Origin: Candidatus Oxydemutator sp.
GTDB lineage: Bacteria; Pseudomonadota; Gammaproteobacteria; Poriferisulfidales; Oxydemutatoraceae
DNA: 64,000 bases
Direction: 5' to 3'
Assembly: GCA_965203445.1 (NCBI GenBank)
Contig: OZ241883.1
Location: 2,240,001 to 2,304,000, forward strand
In this document: positions 1-11,723 of the stretch, piece after piece
Layout: each line of letters begins with the position of its first letter
Numbering within the stretch: the stretch's first letter is position 1
Position numbers and translations under genes: made by a program
The notes under the pieces: generated by a model
What the model was told of the DNA's origin: nothing
The model's database searches: none
Seen by the model: the letters and a program-made list of their open reading frames with translations, nothing else

Positions 1-1284
1 ACCGGTCAATTCCACCGACCAACTCATCGTCACCACGGCGCTGACGCCGGCATCCCATTCCACCGCGTACCTTACCGTCGAGCCTTCCGCTACCACAGCG
101 TCGCCTCGCTGCGACAACGCCACCAATACCGGCGACTGCAAGCGCCACTGCACGCCGGTAGCGGTGGTGTTGCCGTGGGGATAGCGCGCGCTCACGCCAC
201 GCAACACCGGATATTGGAACGGACTGCCAAAATCCCACGGGCTGTCATCGTTCAACGTCACAACGCCCATAGCCGTGCTCGCCACGCCGTCCACGTTCAA
301 CTTGTCCCAACCATCGTAGATGCCCGTCGCCGTGGTCGGCTCGCGCAACTTCCCCACACTCCTGGCCGGCGACCCCGGCACACCCACGCCACCCCCGCCC
401 CAACCGCCGACGTCGCCGGCATAGTAACTGCTCTGGATCACGTCAAATCTATGTCTATCACCGCTTCCCTCGTTCAAACCCACCACACCGCCAACTCCCG
501 TTGCAGCCGGACTGTAGGGCAGCCGCTTCAACCGGGAGCGCGCATAACTCGCTATGATCCTGCCGCCACGGTTCCAACCCACCAGACCACCAGCCCGATC
601 TCTTCGCACTGCCACGGTCACGTCGGCGTAAGAAGCGACGATCTCCTCTCTATTCTCATTCCTCTCATTCCTGCCCGTCAGACCGCCTACACCATAATGG
701 CCCCTCACCATACCGCCCACCACGTAGCTCGCCGCCACCTGGCCGAAGTTGGCACCCACCAGCGCACCCACCCAGAAGCTGATCGACTCGGCCACGTCGA
801 CGTTCACGTTCACCAGACCCACGTTGCGGACGACACCGTCGGAACCCAGAACACCGAACAAACCCACGGAATTCAAGTTCCTGACCGTACTCGACAAATG
901 CAAACGTTCGATGACGTGGCCGTTACCCTCAAAGACCGCGTTGTAGCGATTCCCGGGCGGATTGGCAAACGGGCCGAGTACGCGCCCGCCCCCTATCGGC
1001 GTCCAGTTGACGCCGGACAGGTCTATGTCGTTCAACAGTTCATAACCTTTGCAAGTGCCGGGACAACCCATGCCCTGCACGGCATCGGGAAACGCAGCGC
1101 CATAGGCGGCGGCGGCGGCGTTGCCGGCGCCCGCCAGATCGTGGGCGATGGCCTGCAACTGCGTCGAGGTCTCGACGTCTATCAAATTGTTGTCATTCAC
1201 GTCATAGTCGACGCCCCCGGGAGGGGTTTGGGCCGCGGCGCCGACGGTAAAAACCATCAGCGCCAGACACGCAGCAATTCTCAT
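1..1284 (-). CDS. Secreted GLUG-motif surface protein, possibly followed by a Calx-beta-like domain; runs off the left edge
   Basis: Manual translation (not in ORF track): MRIAACLALMVFTVGAAAQ signal peptide, DYDVNDNNLIDV, GYELLNDIDL, FEGNGH, VGLFG, VGALVG, GGLVG, WDFG..QYPVL; no stop seen up to position 1. Confidence 0.75.
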   Translation of the reverse strand, partial: MRIAACLALMVFTVGAAAQTPPGGVDYDVNDNNLIDVETSTQLQAIAHDLAGAGNAAAAAYGAAFPDAVQGMGCPGTCKGYELLNDIDLSGVNWTPIGGGRVLGPFANPPGNRYNAVFEGNGHVIERLHLSSTVRNLNSVGLFGVLGSDGVVRNVGLVNVNVDVAESISFWVGALVGANFGQVAASYVVGGMVRGHYGVGGLTGRNERNENREEIVASYADVTVAVRRDRAGGLVGWNRGGRIIASYARSRLKRLPYSPAATGVGGVVGLNEGSGDRHRFDVIQSSYYAGDVGGWGGGGVGVPGSPARSVGKLREPTTATGIYDGWDKLNVDGVASTAMGVVTLNDDSPWDFGSPFQYPVLRGVSARYPHGNTTATGVQWRLQSPVLVALSQRGDAVVAEGSTVRYAVEWDAGVSAVVTMSWSVELTG

Positions 1285-1401
1285 TGCCCACACCTTGGCT
1301 ATGCGGAATTAGAGAGGGAGGGTGTAATCATCAGGATATTGTACAACAGTCGACCTTCCTCCTGAATCAGGGCCGCAGTCATTGAGAGAAATCCCATTGT
1401 A

Positions 1402-2646
1402 TCAGGCTGTTGCCCCCCAAAGCATCTGCAACGGCACGGCATACAGTCTGTCGCCGAAAGGCAGGGGTCTCTCGCCATTATAAACCAGTACCCCGCCGGC
1501 AAAGCGTTCGCCCGTTGCGTCCCTGAGTTTGCGCAGTCCGCGAAAGTCGGACTTTTTGAGCGTGGCGGACGCCTTCACTTCCACCCCCGTCAAAGCCATC
1601 GCGTCGCGCTCTATCACGATGTCCACTTCCGCGCCGCCCTTGTCTCGATAGTGGTAGAAGGTATGCGGTTCCTGATGTCCGCTTGCCTGCCGCCTCAATT
1701 CCTGCAAGACAAACGATTCCAGCATGTGACCGAACAGGGGGCCGTTGTACGCAAGTGCCGCGCCGTTCAATTTCATCAAAGCGCAGGCAATTCCGGTATC
1801 GCTGACGTGCAGTTTGGGGGTCTTTATCAAGGATTGCAGGCGATTGCTGTGCCACGCCGGCAATTTTTCCAGCAAAAACATTTTTTCCAACAGGAAAAGA
1901 TAGTCTCGGACGGCGGTGCGGCTGAGTGCAAACGACGTCGCCAAGCCGTTCACGCTCAAGAGCCGGGCGGTCTGCGCCGCGGCCATCAACAGCAACCGGG
2001 ACAGATTTTCAGGCGAGCGGATTGCGGCCACGTCCGGCACGTCGTGTTGGACGAGAGCCCTGATGTATCCGTTGTACCACGCCGTGCGCCTTCTGCCGGA
2101 ACGTTGCAGTGCCGCCGGGTAGCCGCCGGCCACAACGCGATCCGCGATTTGCTCCCGCGCGGGCCTGCCTCGTCGCGCCTGAAAGGTCGTGGCAAACAGG
2201 GAGTCAAGAAACGTGGGCGCGGTCTGGGCAAGTTCGCATTGTGAGAAAGGATGCAGGTCTATGATTTCCATGCGGCCCGCAAGCGAATCGGCAATTTGGC
2301 GCACCTGCAACACGTTCACCGAACCAGTCAGCAGAAAGCGCCCCGGCGTGCGGTTGCGGTCAACCATCAGTTTGATGGATGAGAATAACCAGGGAACCCG
2401 CTGCGCCTCGTCCAATATGACGCGCTCGGACAAGTTATTGGCAAAGCCGACGGGATCTTCTTCGACGGACTTGCGCACGTCGTCGTCGTCGAAACTGATG
2501 TACTCGTAACCCGCGGTTCGCCCAACCATCTGGGCAAGCGTCGTTTTGCCGCACTGACGCGCCCCTTGAATCAGCACGACGGGAGAATCCGCCAGCGCTT
2601 CTTTCAGACGCGGTTCGACGTGGCGTGTGTAGTCGGTTTCGATCAC
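1402..2646 (-). CDS. AAA+ ATPase with DUF4143 C-terminal domain
   Basis: Walker A GARQCGKTT, ILDEAQ, LLTGS, LAGR, KTPKLHVSDTG, YRDKGGAEVD, EVK. Confidence 0.9.
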   Translation of the reverse strand: MIETDYTRHVEPRLKEALADSPVVLIQGARQCGKTTLAQMVGRTAGYEYISFDDDDVRKSVEEDPVGFANNLSERVILDEAQRVPWLFSSIKLMVDRNRTPGRFLLTGSVNVLQVRQIADSLAGRMEIIDLHPFSQCELAQTAPTFLDSLFATTFQARRGRPAREQIADRVVAGGYPAALQRSGRRRTAWYNGYIRALVQHDVPDVAAIRSPENLSRLLLMAAAQTARLLSVNGLATSFALSRTAVRDYLFLLEKMFLLEKLPAWHSNRLQSLIKTPKLHVSDTGIACALMKLNGAALAYNGPLFGHMLESFVLQELRRQASGHQEPHTFYHYRDKGGAEVDIVIERDAMALTGVEVKASATLKKSDFRGLRKLRDATGERFAGGVLVYNGERPLPFGDRLYAVPLQMLWGATA

Positions 2647-2650
2647 AGTG

Positions 2651-2803
2651 TTCTAATTGTATATCTATAAGCCTTCTAATTGCACATTTATATGTGTATT
2701 TTTCTGGTATTTACAAGGGGAACAAACCATATATTATTGATATAAAAATATATTTTATGTCTATTATAATTGCACATTTATGGGTATTCTAATTGCACAT
2801 TTG
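2651..2803. repeat. Four TT(C/A)TAATTG(C/T)A(C/T)AT direct repeats in two pairs with 23-bp spacing
   Basis: Copies start at 2651, 2674, 2764 and 2787 in an AT-rich region upstream of the ATPase gene. Confidence 0.75.
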
Positions 2804-2817
2804 ACGGGGATATATTG

Positions 2818-4023
2818 TCATTTTTCCCTCATCCCCGCACCTTCTATCACCTCCCTGACCGCCTCCAGTTCCGCGGCTACCGTGCGTATTTTTCCCTGCG
2901 CCTGGCGCATCGCGACGTCCGGGTCTTTCAGGCCGTGGCCGGTCAGCGTGCATACAATGCGGCTGCCGGCCTCGATTTTGCCCGCCTCGACGTCCTTCAG
3001 CAATCCGGCGATAGAGATCGCCGACGCCGGTTCGCAGAATATGCCCTCGCGTTCGGCCAGCATTCGTTGCGCCGCCAGGATCTCCTCGTCGGTGCGGCAA
3101 TCGAACCACCCGCCAGATTCCTGCCCGGCGATCAGCGCCATGTCCCAGCTTTGCGGATTGCCGATGCGGATGGCGGTCGCTATCGTATCCGGGTTCTCGA
3201 CTTTCCTGCCCGACACAATCGGCGCGGCGCCCACGGCCTGGTAGCCCAACATGCGCGGACGGCGGTTCGCCCGGGCGCCGTCGTAGCCGCGCCACGCCGC
3301 GCCCAAGGCTTGCCTGGCCTTGTCCACGCAACCGCTCGGCAGGCGCGCGGCTTCGGAATAGCCCATCCAGTAGGCGGAGATATTGCCGGCGTTGCCGACC
3401 GGCAGGCAGTGGTAGTCGGGTGCGTCGCCCAACGCCTCGACGATCTCGAAGGCGGCGGTCTTCTGGCCCTGCAAGCGGTACGGGTTGACCGAGTTCACGA
3501 GCGTCACCGGCATCTCGGCGGACAGCGTCTTGACCAGTTCCATGCCCTGATCGAAGTTGCCCCGGATCTGGACGACGGCGGCGCCCTCGATGATCGCCTG
3601 CGCGAGTTTGCCCATCGCGATCTTGCCGTCCGGTATCAGCACGAACACGGCGAGGCCGGCGCGCGCCCCGTAGGCCGCGGCCGAGGCCGACGTGTTTCCG
3701 GTCGAGGCGCAGATCAACGCGCGGCTGCCCTCGGCGACGGCCTGGGTCACGGCCACCGTCATGCCGCGATCCTTGAACGAACCGGTCGGGTTCAGGCCCT
3801 CATATTTGACGTGGATTTCCAGCGGCACGCCCAAAGCCGCGGGGATATTGCGAAGGCGGATCAGCGGCGTCGCGCCCTCGCACAGGGACACCGGCGCGGC
3901 GTCGTCCGGCAGCGGCAAGCAATGCCGATAGGCGGAGATCAGGCCGTCGCGTGAACACGTGGTTTCGCCGGGAATCATTTGTAGAAAACAATCAGGGGAG
4001 GAAAAACCATCACCCCAGATCAC
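2818..4023 (-). CDS. thrC: Threonine synthase
   Basis: [32 protein letters not shown]; GTGA overlap with hom stop (alternative ATG at 3978). Confidence 0.95.
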   Translation of the reverse strand: MIWGDGFSSPDCFLQMIPGETTCSRDGLISAYRHCLPLPDDAAPVSLCEGATPLIRLRNIPAALGVPLEIHVKYEGLNPTGSFKDRGMTVAVTQAVAEGSRALICASTGNTSASAAAYGARAGLAVFVLIPDGKIAMGKLAQAIIEGAAVVQIRGNFDQGMELVKTLSAEMPVTLVNSVNPYRLQGQKTAAFEIVEALGDAPDYHCLPVGNAGNISAYWMGYSEAARLPSGCVDKARQALGAAWRGYDGARANRRPRMLGYQAVGAAPIVSGRKVENPDTIATAIRIGNPQSWDMALIAGQESGGWFDCRTDEEILAAQRMLAEREGIFCEPASAISIAGLLKDVEAGKIEAGSRIVCTLTGHGLKDPDVAMRQAQGKIRTVAAELEAVREVIEGAGMREK

Positions 4024-5336
4024 CCCAGGTCTTCGACGCGGATTTGCACGACTTTATCGTCCACGCTGTCGAGCGCGCGTATCCGCCGCACGGCTTCGTC
4101 CACGTCGCGTTCGCGCACCGGGTAGGTCATCAGCACCAGCGGCACCGGTTTGCCGTCGCCGCGGGTTTCCTTTTGCATGACCGCCTCGATGCTGATCCGC
4201 AGATCGCCCAACACGCGCGTGATCGCGGCCAGCACGCCCGGCTCGTCGCGCACTTGCAGGCGCAGATAACAGGCGGTGATCACGTCGCCGATTGCGACCA
4301 CCGGGACGTCCGCCAGCGCGTCGGGCTGAAACGCCAGATGCGGCACGCGGTTCTCCGGGTCCGACGTCAGCGCGCGCACAACGTCTATCAGGTCGGCGAC
4401 CACCGCCGACGCGGTCGGCTCGGCGCCGGCGCCGGCGCCGTAATACAGCGTCGGGCCGGCCGCGTCGCCGTCCACCATGACCGCGTTCATCACGCCCTCG
4501 ACGCTGGCCAGCAGCGAGTCGCCGCGGATCAGCGCCGGGTGCACGCGCAACTCTATGCCGTCGTCGCCGCGCCTGGCCACGCCCAAGTGTTTGATACGAT
4601 AACCCAACTCGTCGGCATAAATCACGTCGTCGGTATCCAGACCGACCAGCCCCTCGATGTACACGCCGCCGAATTGCAGCGGAATGCCAAACGCGGTCGC
4701 CGCGATAATCGTCAGCTTGTGCGCGGCGTCTATACCGTCGACGTCGAACGCCGGATCAGCCTCGGCGTAACCCAGCATCTGCGCCTCGGCCAGGGCGTCG
4801 GCGAAACTGCGCCGCTTATCCCGAATCTCGGTCAGGATAAAGTTGGTCGTGCCGTTGATGATGCCGACGATGCGCTCGATGCGGTTGCCGGACAGCCCTT
4901 CGCGCACCGCCTTGACAATCGGAATGCCGCCGGCGACCGCGGCCTCGAACGCGACGACGACGCCGCGTCGTTGCGCGGCCTCGAAGATCTCGCGCCCGTA
5001 GTCCGCGATCAGCGCCTTGTTCGCGGTGACGACGTGCTTGCCGCCGTCTATCGCGCGCAGCACCAGATCGCGCGCCGGCTCGATGCCGCCGAACAGTTCG
5101 ACGACGACGTCTATATCCCGGTCGCCGATAACGTCGTTCGGGTCGCTCGACAGTTCGATGCCGGCGAGATCCGCCGGACGCTCGCGCGCAAGGTCGCGCG
5201 CGACCGCGCGCGTTACGCGGATCGTGCGCCCGGCGCGGCGCTCGATCTCGCCGGCGTTGCGCGCAAGCACGTTCAGCGTACCGCAACCGACGGTGCCGAG
5301 TCCCAGCAGGCCGACCGAAACCGGCTTCATCGTCAT
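4020..5336 (-). CDS. hom: Homoserine dehydrogenase
   Basis: [41 protein letters not shown]-terminal ACT domain. Confidence 0.97.
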   Translation of the reverse strand: MTMKPVSVGLLGLGTVGCGTLNVLARNAGEIERRAGRTIRVTRAVARDLARERPADLAGIELSSDPNDVIGDRDIDVVVELFGGIEPARDLVLRAIDGGKHVVTANKALIADYGREIFEAAQRRGVVVAFEAAVAGGIPIVKAVREGLSGNRIERIVGIINGTTNFILTEIRDKRRSFADALAEAQMLGYAEADPAFDVDGIDAAHKLTIIAATAFGIPLQFGGVYIEGLVGLDTDDVIYADELGYRIKHLGVARRGDDGIELRVHPALIRGDSLLASVEGVMNAVMVDGDAAGPTLYYGAGAGAEPTASAVVADLIDVVRALTSDPENRVPHLAFQPDALADVPVVAIGDVITACYLRLQVRDEPGVLAAITRVLGDLRISIEAVMQKETRGDGKPVPLVLMTYPVRERDVDEAVRRIRALDSVDDKVVQIRVEDLG

Positions 5337-6514
5337 CCCTGCAATATCCTCTTGACGTTGCGCACCGCCTGGCGTATACGCTGTTCGTTCTCTATCAGGC
5401 TGAAGCGCACGTGGCCGGCGTCGTCTTCGTGCTCGCCGAAGCCGACGCCGGGCGAGACCGCGACCCGCGCGCGCTCGAGCAGCATCTTCGAGAAACTGAG
5501 CGTGTCCACGTCGCGGTACGCCTGCGGCAACGGCGCCCACACGAACATCGTCGCGCGCGGCTTGTCGAACTCCCAGCCGGCGGCGGCCAGCCCGTCGCAC
5601 AAGACGTCGCGACGGCTGCGATACAGTCGCCGCGTCTGCTCGACGCAATCCTGCGGCCCCTCGAGCGCGCTGATCGCGGCCACCTGCACCGGCGTGAACA
5701 GACCGTAATCGAGATAGGACTTGATCCGCGCCAGCGCCGACACCAGGTCGCGGTTGCCGCACATGAAACCGACGCGCCAGCCGGGCATATTATAGGTTTT
5801 CGACAGCGAATAAAATTCCGCGGCGATTTCGCGCGCGCGCGGCACTTGCAGGATCGAGGGCGCGCGGTAGCCGTCGAACACGAGCTCGCCGTAGGCCAGA
5901 TCGTTGACGACCCAGATGCCGTGCTCCGACGCGACCTCGACCACCTGCTCGAAGAACTCGAGCTCGACGCAGTCGGTCGTCGGGTTGGTCGGAAAGTTCA
6001 GTATCAGCAACTTCGGTTTCGGCCAGCTGTCGCGGATGGCCTTGGCCAGCGCCGGAAAAAAATCCGCCATCGGCGCAATCGGGATGTAGTGCACGTCGGC
6101 ACCGGCGATAACGCAACCGTACGGATGAATCGGATAGGCCGGCGTCGGCACCAGCACGCGCTCGCCGGGTTCGAGCATCGCCAGCGCCAGGTGCGCCAGC
6201 CCTTCCTTCGAGCCCAGGGTGACGATGGCCTCGCTGTCCGGATCGAGTTCGACGTCGAACTTGCGTTTGTACCAGTTGCAGATCGCCGCGCGCAGGCGCG
6301 GGATGCCGCGCGACGTCGAGTAGCGGTGCGTGTTCCTGCGCTGCGCCACCTCGATGAGCTTGGCGGTTACGTGCGCCGGCGCCGGCTGGTCGGGATTGCC
6401 CATGCCGAAGTCCACGACGTCCTCGCCGCGCGCGCGCGCCTCCTGCTTCAGGCGATTGACGATGTCGAAGACATACGGCGGCAGGCGGCGGATGCGGTGG
6501 AATTCCCGGGTCAT
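5333..6514 (-). CDS. alaC: Alanine transaminase (class I/II aminotransferase)
   Basis: RIRRLPPYVF, DFGMGNPD, GSKEGLAH, SLSKTYNMPGWRVGF; alaC-hom-thrC synteny. Confidence 0.9.
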   Translation of the reverse strand: MTREFHRIRRLPPYVFDIVNRLKQEARARGEDVVDFGMGNPDQPAPAHVTAKLIEVAQRRNTHRYSTSRGIPRLRAAICNWYKRKFDVELDPDSEAIVTLGSKEGLAHLALAMLEPGERVLVPTPAYPIHPYGCVIAGADVHYIPIAPMADFFPALAKAIRDSWPKPKLLILNFPTNPTTDCVELEFFEQVVEVASEHGIWVVNDLAYGELVFDGYRAPSILQVPRAREIAAEFYSLSKTYNMPGWRVGFMCGNRDLVSALARIKSYLDYGLFTPVQVAAISALEGPQDCVEQTRRLYRSRRDVLCDGLAAAGWEFDKPRATMFVWAPLPQAYRDVDTLSFSKMLLERARVAVSPGVGFGEHEDDAGHVRFSLIENEQRIRQAVRNVKRILQG

Positions 6515-6528
6515 GGCGCGGCCGTTGC

Positions 6529-7296
6529 TCACGACGCCGGCAGATAGCGCAGCGCGTTGACGGCGCGACCGCGCCTCCTGATCTCGAAATACAACGCCGC
6601 TCCTCTCGTGTATATGCTTTCCCGCGCAAGAAGTCCGAGGGGCGCGCCGGCGGCGACCTGGTCTCCTTCCCGCACCAGCAGCCGGTCGTTGCCGCCGTAG
6701 GCGCTGAAGAAATCGCCGGCGTGGCGCACGATAACGAGGCCCTGGTAATGCTTCAGGCCGAAACCGCTGTAGACGACGCGCCCGGCGGCGGCGCTGTGCA
6801 CCGTCTGCCCGGCAGCGCCGCGCATCAGCAGACCGTGACCGCCGCCGGCGCGTCTCGCACGCGCCTTCAAGTGCGGCGAGCGCAACGGCCATTTCCACGC
6901 GGGTGCCTTGGCCGCGCGCGTCGTCTTGGGCGCGGGCGCGGCGCTCGGCGCGTTCTCGGCGGGCTTCGCCGGGCGTTCGTCCTCGGGCGCGACGCGGCGG
7001 TAATCGGCGGGCGGTCTCAGGCGCAGGCGCTGGCCCGGATAGATCAGGTAGCGCGGCGCCTTGACGTCGTTCCAATCGGCCAGTTCGCGGTAGTCAAGCG
7101 TGTGCAACCACGCGATCGCATACAGCGTGTCGCCCTTGCGTACGACGTGCTCGCCACTTTGCGGCGAGGGGTGCCCGTCCTCGCGCGGCTCGTCGCCGCT
7201 GAAGAACTCGTAGTCGGCGCCGCAACCGTGCAGCAAGAACGCGAGCGCGGCCAGCAGCGCGAACGCGAACACCGGAAGAGCAGAAACGCGCGGCAT
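6529..7296 (-). CDS. nlpD: LysM/M23 lipoprotein, NlpD-like
   Basis: Lipobox LHGC, LysM HVVRKGDTLYAIAW, degenerate M23 LYFEIRR; follows surE-pcm-yqaA. Confidence 0.8.
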   Translation of the reverse strand: MPRVSALPVFAFALLAALAFLLHGCGADYEFFSGDEPREDGHPSPQSGEHVVRKGDTLYAIAWLHTLDYRELADWNDVKAPRYLIYPGQRLRLRPPADYRRVAPEDERPAKPAENAPSAAPAPKTTRAAKAPAWKWPLRSPHLKARARRAGGGHGLLMRGAAGQTVHSAAAGRVVYSGFGLKHYQGLVIVRHAGDFFSAYGGNDRLLVREGDQVAAGAPLGLLARESIYTRGAALYFEIRRRGRAVNALRYLPAS

Positions 7297-7877
7297 CACA
7301 GGTAACGATAGGCGATGGCGGCGGCCAGCAGCGCGACGACGATCCAGCCGGCGACCTCGATACGCTTCTCTATATAGGAAAACAGCGCCGGGCCGAAGCG
7401 TTTCATCAAAAACCCGACCAGCCCGAAACGCGCGCCGCGCCCGAGCAACGACGCCAGCACGAACAACGCCAGGCTCTGGCCAAGCACGCCGGCGCTGATC
7501 GTGAACAGCTTGTACGGCACCGGCGTCAACGCGGCGACGAACACGATCCACACGCCCCACTCGTAGAACATTGCAACCGCGTCCTGGTATTCGCCCCAGT
7601 AGCCGGCGGCGTGCAGCCACGGCTCGATCCAGTCGAACAGGAACACGCCGACGGCGTAACCAAAGATGCCGCCCAGGGCCGAGAACACCGTCGTCCACGC
7701 GACCAGGCGCGCGGTGCGCGGCGGGTGCAGCGCGCACATCGGTGCGAGCATCACGTCGGTCGGAACCGGGAACACCACCGACTCGCAAAAACTCAGGCCG
7801 TAGAGGTACTTCTCGGCGCCGCGCCTGCCGATCAGCGACATGGTCGCGGCGTAGGGGCGGGCGAACAGCGACATCAT
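7296..7877 (-). CDS. yqaA: YqaA/DedA family membrane protein
   Basis: LSFCESVVFPVPTDVML, TPVPYKLFTI, GRGARF. Confidence 0.85.
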   Translation of the reverse strand: MMSLFARPYAATMSLIGRRGAEKYLYGLSFCESVVFPVPTDVMLAPMCALHPPRTARLVAWTTVFSALGGIFGYAVGVFLFDWIEPWLHAAGYWGEYQDAVAMFYEWGVWIVFVAALTPVPYKLFTISAGVLGQSLALFVLASLLGRGARFGLVGFLMKRFGPALFSYIEKRIEVAGWIVVALLAAAIAYRYL

Positions 7878-8572
7878 CCGCCGTTTGCGCCCACCAGCGG
7901 CACAAACCTGACCGGCAGCAGGCGGCGTTCGGAATAGCCGCGGCGGGTGCGCGTTATCAACGTCAATTCCTGGGTCTCGGTGGCGTCGCCCAGCGGCACC
8001 ACCGCGCGCCCGCCGACGGCCAGCTGATCGAGCAGCGCCGACGGCATTTCGGCGGCGGCGGCGGTGACCATGACGCCGTCGTACGGCGCGAACTGCCGCC
8101 ACCCCCTGGCGCCGTCACCGCGGCGAAAGTGCACGTTGGCGTAGCCCAGCTCCCCGAGCAGCGCGCGCGCGCGCTGGTAGAGCGCCGCGACGCGCTCGAT
8201 GGTGAACACGCGCGCCACCAACGCCGCAAGCACCGCGGTCTGGTAGCCGGAACCGGTGCCGACCTCGAGCACCTGCCGCACCTTGCCCGCGCGCAGCAGG
8301 GTCTGAGTCATGTAGGCGACGACGTACGGCTGCGAGATCGTCTGCCCGTGGCCGATGGACAGCGAGCGGTCGGCGTAGGCCAGGCTCTCGAAGCCGGTCT
8401 CGACAAAGCGGTGGCGTGGCACCTCGACCATCGCCTTCAGCACGCGCTCGTCGCCGATGCGGCGGTCGCGCAGTTTCGCGGCCAAGCCCTCGCGCAGCGA
8501 GCGCGAAAAGCGGCGCGACGCGGCGCTTTGTCCGCCGCCTCGTTCATCGAGGAAGCCACGACGCGCGCTCAT
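7874..8572 (-). CDS. pcm: Protein-L-isoaspartate O-methyltransferase
   Basis: [36 protein letters not shown]. Confidence 0.95.
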   Translation of the reverse strand: MSARRGFLDERGGGQSAASRRFSRSLREGLAAKLRDRRIGDERVLKAMVEVPRHRFVETGFESLAYADRSLSIGHGQTISQPYVVAYMTQTLLRAGKVRQVLEVGTGSGYQTAVLAALVARVFTIERVAALYQRARALLGELGYANVHFRRGDGARGWRQFAPYDGVMVTAAAAEMPSALLDQLAVGGRAVVPLGDATETQELTLITRTRRGYSERRLLPVRFVPLVGANGG

Positions 8573-9318
8573 CGCCGTTCGAGCCAGCGCCCGACCTCGT
8601 CGAGCGACTGGTGGCGCGTCAAGTCCACCTGCAACGGCGTGACCGACACGCAATCCTCGCCGATTGCGTGAAAGTCGGTGCCGGCGCCGGCGTCCTGTTC
8701 GGGGCCGGCGGCGCCGACCCAGTAGATCGGGCGCCCCTGCGGATCCTCGGACTTGATCGCCGGTTCGGCGCGGTGGCGGCTGCCCAGGCGCGTCGCGCGC
8801 TCGCCTTTGATCGCGGACAGCGGCCGATCCGGGATGTTGACGTTGAGTATGAACTCCGCCGGCAACGGTTCGCGCTGAAGCCGCTCGACTTGGCGGCGCG
8901 CGATTTGCGCCGCGTCCTCGAGGTGGCGCGGATGGCTCGAGCAGACCGAGACCGCGATCGCCGGAAAGCCGAGAAAGCGCCCTTCCATGGCCGCGGCCAC
9001 GGTGCCCGAGTAGAGCACGTCGTCGCCCAGGTTGGCGCCGGCGTTGACGCCGGCGACCACCATGTCCGGCTCGCGCGCCTCGAGCAGCCCGGTCACCGCG
9101 AGATGGACGCAGTCGGTCGGGGTGCCGTCCACCGCGTAGCAGTTCTCGTCCATGCGGCTCACGCGCAGCGGGCGCTCGAGCGTCAGCGAATTGCTGGCGG
9201 CCGAGCGGTCGAGGGTCGGCGCCACTACCGTGACCTCGGCGACTTGCGCGAGCTGACGCGCCAGAATACGAAGACCGCGGCTGTCGTAACCATCGTCGTT
9301 ACTGATTAAAATGTGCAT
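8569..9318 (-). CDS. surE: 5'/3'-nucleotidase SurE
   Basis: [32 protein letters not shown]. Confidence 0.97.
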   Translation of the reverse strand: MHILISNDDGYDSRGLRILARQLAQVAEVTVVAPTLDRSAASNSLTLERPLRVSRMDENCYAVDGTPTDCVHLAVTGLLEAREPDMVVAGVNAGANLGDDVLYSGTVAAAMEGRFLGFPAIAVSVCSSHPRHLEDAAQIARRQVERLQREPLPAEFILNVNIPDRPLSAIKGERATRLGSRHRAEPAIKSEDPQGRPIYWVGAAGPEQDAGAGTDFHAIGEDCVSVTPLQVDLTRHQSLDEVGRWLERR

Positions 9319-9330
9319 AATGAGTACGCC

Positions 9331-9843
9331 ATGATCGCCGAAAACGACAACCAGCCGAAATCCGCGCCGAATTTCAGGGAATTGCTCGCCGACCCCGGCA
9401 GGCTCGCGGACGCGCGCCCGCCGCGCCGCCGCGCCGCGAGACCGGCAGCCGCAATGCGCACAATCGCAAGGGATTATAGCCGCAACGCGCCCGAATTTCC
9501 GGTTCTCGACGCGCCGCCGCCGAGATTTGTCAAAGCCGGCGTCAACCGCGCCGACCGGCGCAAGTTCGAAAAAGGCAGGATGGCGATGCGCAAATTCGAT
9601 CTGCACGGCTGCACGCGCGACCGGGCGGTGAGCGAACTCGAGCACGAAATCCGCCAATGCGTGGCCAACGACGTGCGCTGCCTGCTGGTCGTCGTCGGCA
9701 TCGGGCGCTTCTCGAAAGGCGCGCCGGTGCTGAAGACGCACGTGCTCTCCTATCTGATGCAACACGACGACGTGCTCGCCTACGCACCCGCCAAAAGCAG
9801 AGACGGCGCCGCCGGCGCGGTGTACGTGATGCTGCGGAGATAA
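9331..9843 (+). CDS. Smr domain protein
   Basis: [25 protein letters not shown]. Confidence 0.85.
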   Translation: MIAENDNQPKSAPNFRELLADPGRLADARPPRRRAARPAAAMRTIARDYSRNAPEFPVLDAPPPRFVKAGVNRADRRKFEKGRMAMRKFDLHGCTRDRAVSELEHEIRQCVANDVRCLLVVVGIGRFSKGAPVLKTHVLSYLMQHDDVLAYAPAKSRDGAAGAVYVMLRR

Positions 9844-9844
9844 C

Positions 9845-11137
9845 GTGGCGCGTACCGCCCCCGAACCGGTCGCGCACGACCATAGTTGCGGCGACGACTT
9901 CGATCCGCAATCGCTGCCGTTCGACGAGGCGCTGCGCCGGGTGCTGGAGGCGGCGCCGGCGCCGGCGCAATCGCAACGGCTGCCGCTCGGCGACGCCCTC
10001 GGGCGGGTGCTGGCACGCGACGTGCGCGCGCGCTGCGACGTGCCCGGACATACGAATTCGGCGATGGACGGCTATGCGGTGCGCGCGCGGGATCTGCCGC
10101 GCGCCGGCGCGGCGCGTTTCAAGGTCATCGGCGCGGCGTTCGCCGGACGTCCTTTCGACGGCGCGGTCGGCGCCGGCGAATGCGTGCGCATCATGACCGG
10201 CGGCGTCATGCCGCGAGGCGCCGACACCGTCGTGATCCAGGAGCACGCGGCCGCCGACGGCGACGGCCCGGGCGCGCGCGTTGCGATCAACGCCGGGCAC
10301 CGCGCCGGGCAGAACGTGCGCCGCGCCGGCGAAGACGTAGCCCACGGCGACGTCGCACTGATGCGCGGCAGACGCTTGTCGGCGGCCGACGTCGGCCTGC
10401 TCGCGGCACTCGGCGTCGGCGAGGTCGAGGCGTTCCGAAGGCCCAAGGTGCTCCTGTTCTCGACCGGCGACGAACTGCGCCCGGTCGGCGCGCCGCTCAA
10501 AGCCGGCGAGGTGTACGACAGCAACCGCCATACCATCGCGTGTATGTTGCGGCGCCTGGGCGCGGACGTCGGCGACCTCGGCGTCGTGCGCGACGACCGC
10601 GAACAACTGCGCGCGGCGTTCGCCGAAGGCGCGCGCGGCCACGACGCGGTCATCACCTCGGGCGGCGTCTCGGTCGGCGAGGCCGATTTTACGAAGCGCA
10701 CGCTGGACGAGCTGGGCGAGGTCGGCTTCTGGAAGATCGCGATGAAACCAGGGCGGCCTTTTGCATTCGGGCGCATAGCCGACGCCGTCTATTTCGGGCT
10801 GCCCGGCAACCCGGTGTCGGTCATGGCGACGTTCTACGTGCTGGTGCAGCCGGCGCTCCGGAAGATGATGGGCGAGAACGACGTCGCGCCGTTCAAGCTG
10901 CGCGCGCGCTGCACGTCGGCGTTGCGCAAACGCCCGGGGCGCGTCGAGTTTCAGCGCGGCATCCTGACCGCCGGCAGCGGCGCCGGGTTGCCCGCGGTCG
11001 AGTCCACCGGCGCGCAGGGTTCCGGCATCCTCAGTTCGATGTCGCGCGCGAACTGTTTCATCTTTCTGCCGGAGGACGCGGGCGAGATCGCCGCCGGCGG
11101 CGAAGTAACGGTGCTGCCTTTCGCCGGACTGGCGTGA
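9845..11137 (+). CDS. moeA: Molybdopterin molybdotransferase
   Basis: [38 protein letters not shown]. Confidence 0.96.
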   Translation: MARTAPEPVAHDHSCGDDFDPQSLPFDEALRRVLEAAPAPAQSQRLPLGDALGRVLARDVRARCDVPGHTNSAMDGYAVRARDLPRAGAARFKVIGAAFAGRPFDGAVGAGECVRIMTGGVMPRGADTVVIQEHAAADGDGPGARVAINAGHRAGQNVRRAGEDVAHGDVALMRGRRLSAADVGLLAALGVGEVEAFRRPKVLLFSTGDELRPVGAPLKAGEVYDSNRHTIACMLRRLGADVGDLGVVRDDREQLRAAFAEGARGHDAVITSGGVSVGEADFTKRTLDELGEVGFWKIAMKPGRPFAFGRIADAVYFGLPGNPVSVMATFYVLVQPALRKMMGENDVAPFKLRARCTSALRKRPGRVEFQRGILTAGSGAGLPAVESTGAQGSGILSSMSRANCFIFLPEDAGEIAAGGEVTVLPFAGLA

Positions 11138-11138
11138 A

Positions 11139-11723
11139 TCAGGAGGACACGAACACCACGTTCAGGCTGACCGGTATCGTCGTCGGTATCTTGAACAATC
11201 CGACCAACGCGCGCAGCGTCTCGAAGCCGTCGAGCATGCCGTAGGCCTTTGCGTCCACCAGGATCGGCTCGACCGTCTGCACCAGCAGGCCGCCGCCGTC
11301 GAGACCGGTGACGCGCACCTTTGCGCTGAGCGGGCGCGTCTGCCCGCGCAGGTTCAACTCGGCGGACAAGTCGTGCAACGCGGTGCCGCCGGGCGCCAAG
11401 CCGCGTCGCACCGCCTGCGGCAGCGACAGCGACACCGTCGCCCGCGGATACCGGGCGACGGCAAAAGCATGCTCCTTGACGCGCTCGTCGCGGAGCGCGA
11501 CGCCGGTATCCACGCTGTCGAGGTCTACGACGACGCGCACGCCGCCGTTCTCGTCTATGGTTCCCGAGAAGCGGTGAAAACGGTTCGGCTCGAAGATCGC
11601 GGTGTGCGCGCCGACGACGATCTTGCTCGACAGGTACGTGATCGAGGATCGCGCCGCGTCCAGCTTCCAATCGGCGAACGCGCCCGGCGACAACGCCAGG
11701 CATAAAAGAATCAGATAACGCAT
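11139..11723 (-). CDS. YceI family periplasmic protein
   Basis: Signal peptide, WKLDAARSSI, FSGTI, SVDTGVALRD. Confidence 0.85.
   Translation of the reverse strand: MRYLILLCLALSPGAFADWKLDAARSSITYLSSKIVVGAHTAIFEPNRFHRFSGTIDENGGVRVVVDLDSVDTGVALRDERVKEHAFAVARYPRATVSLSLPQAVRRGLAPGGTALHDLSAELNLRGQTRPLSAKVRVTGLDGGGLLVQTVEPILVDAKAYGMLDGFETLRALVGLFKIPTTIPVSLNVVFVSS

Noticed and set aside
175-1365. 396-aa + strand ORF and the many other long antisense ORFs (e.g. 16815-19712, 53460-55874)
   Set aside because: Shadow ORFs of real opposite-strand genes in GC-rich DNA, with no recognisable motifs
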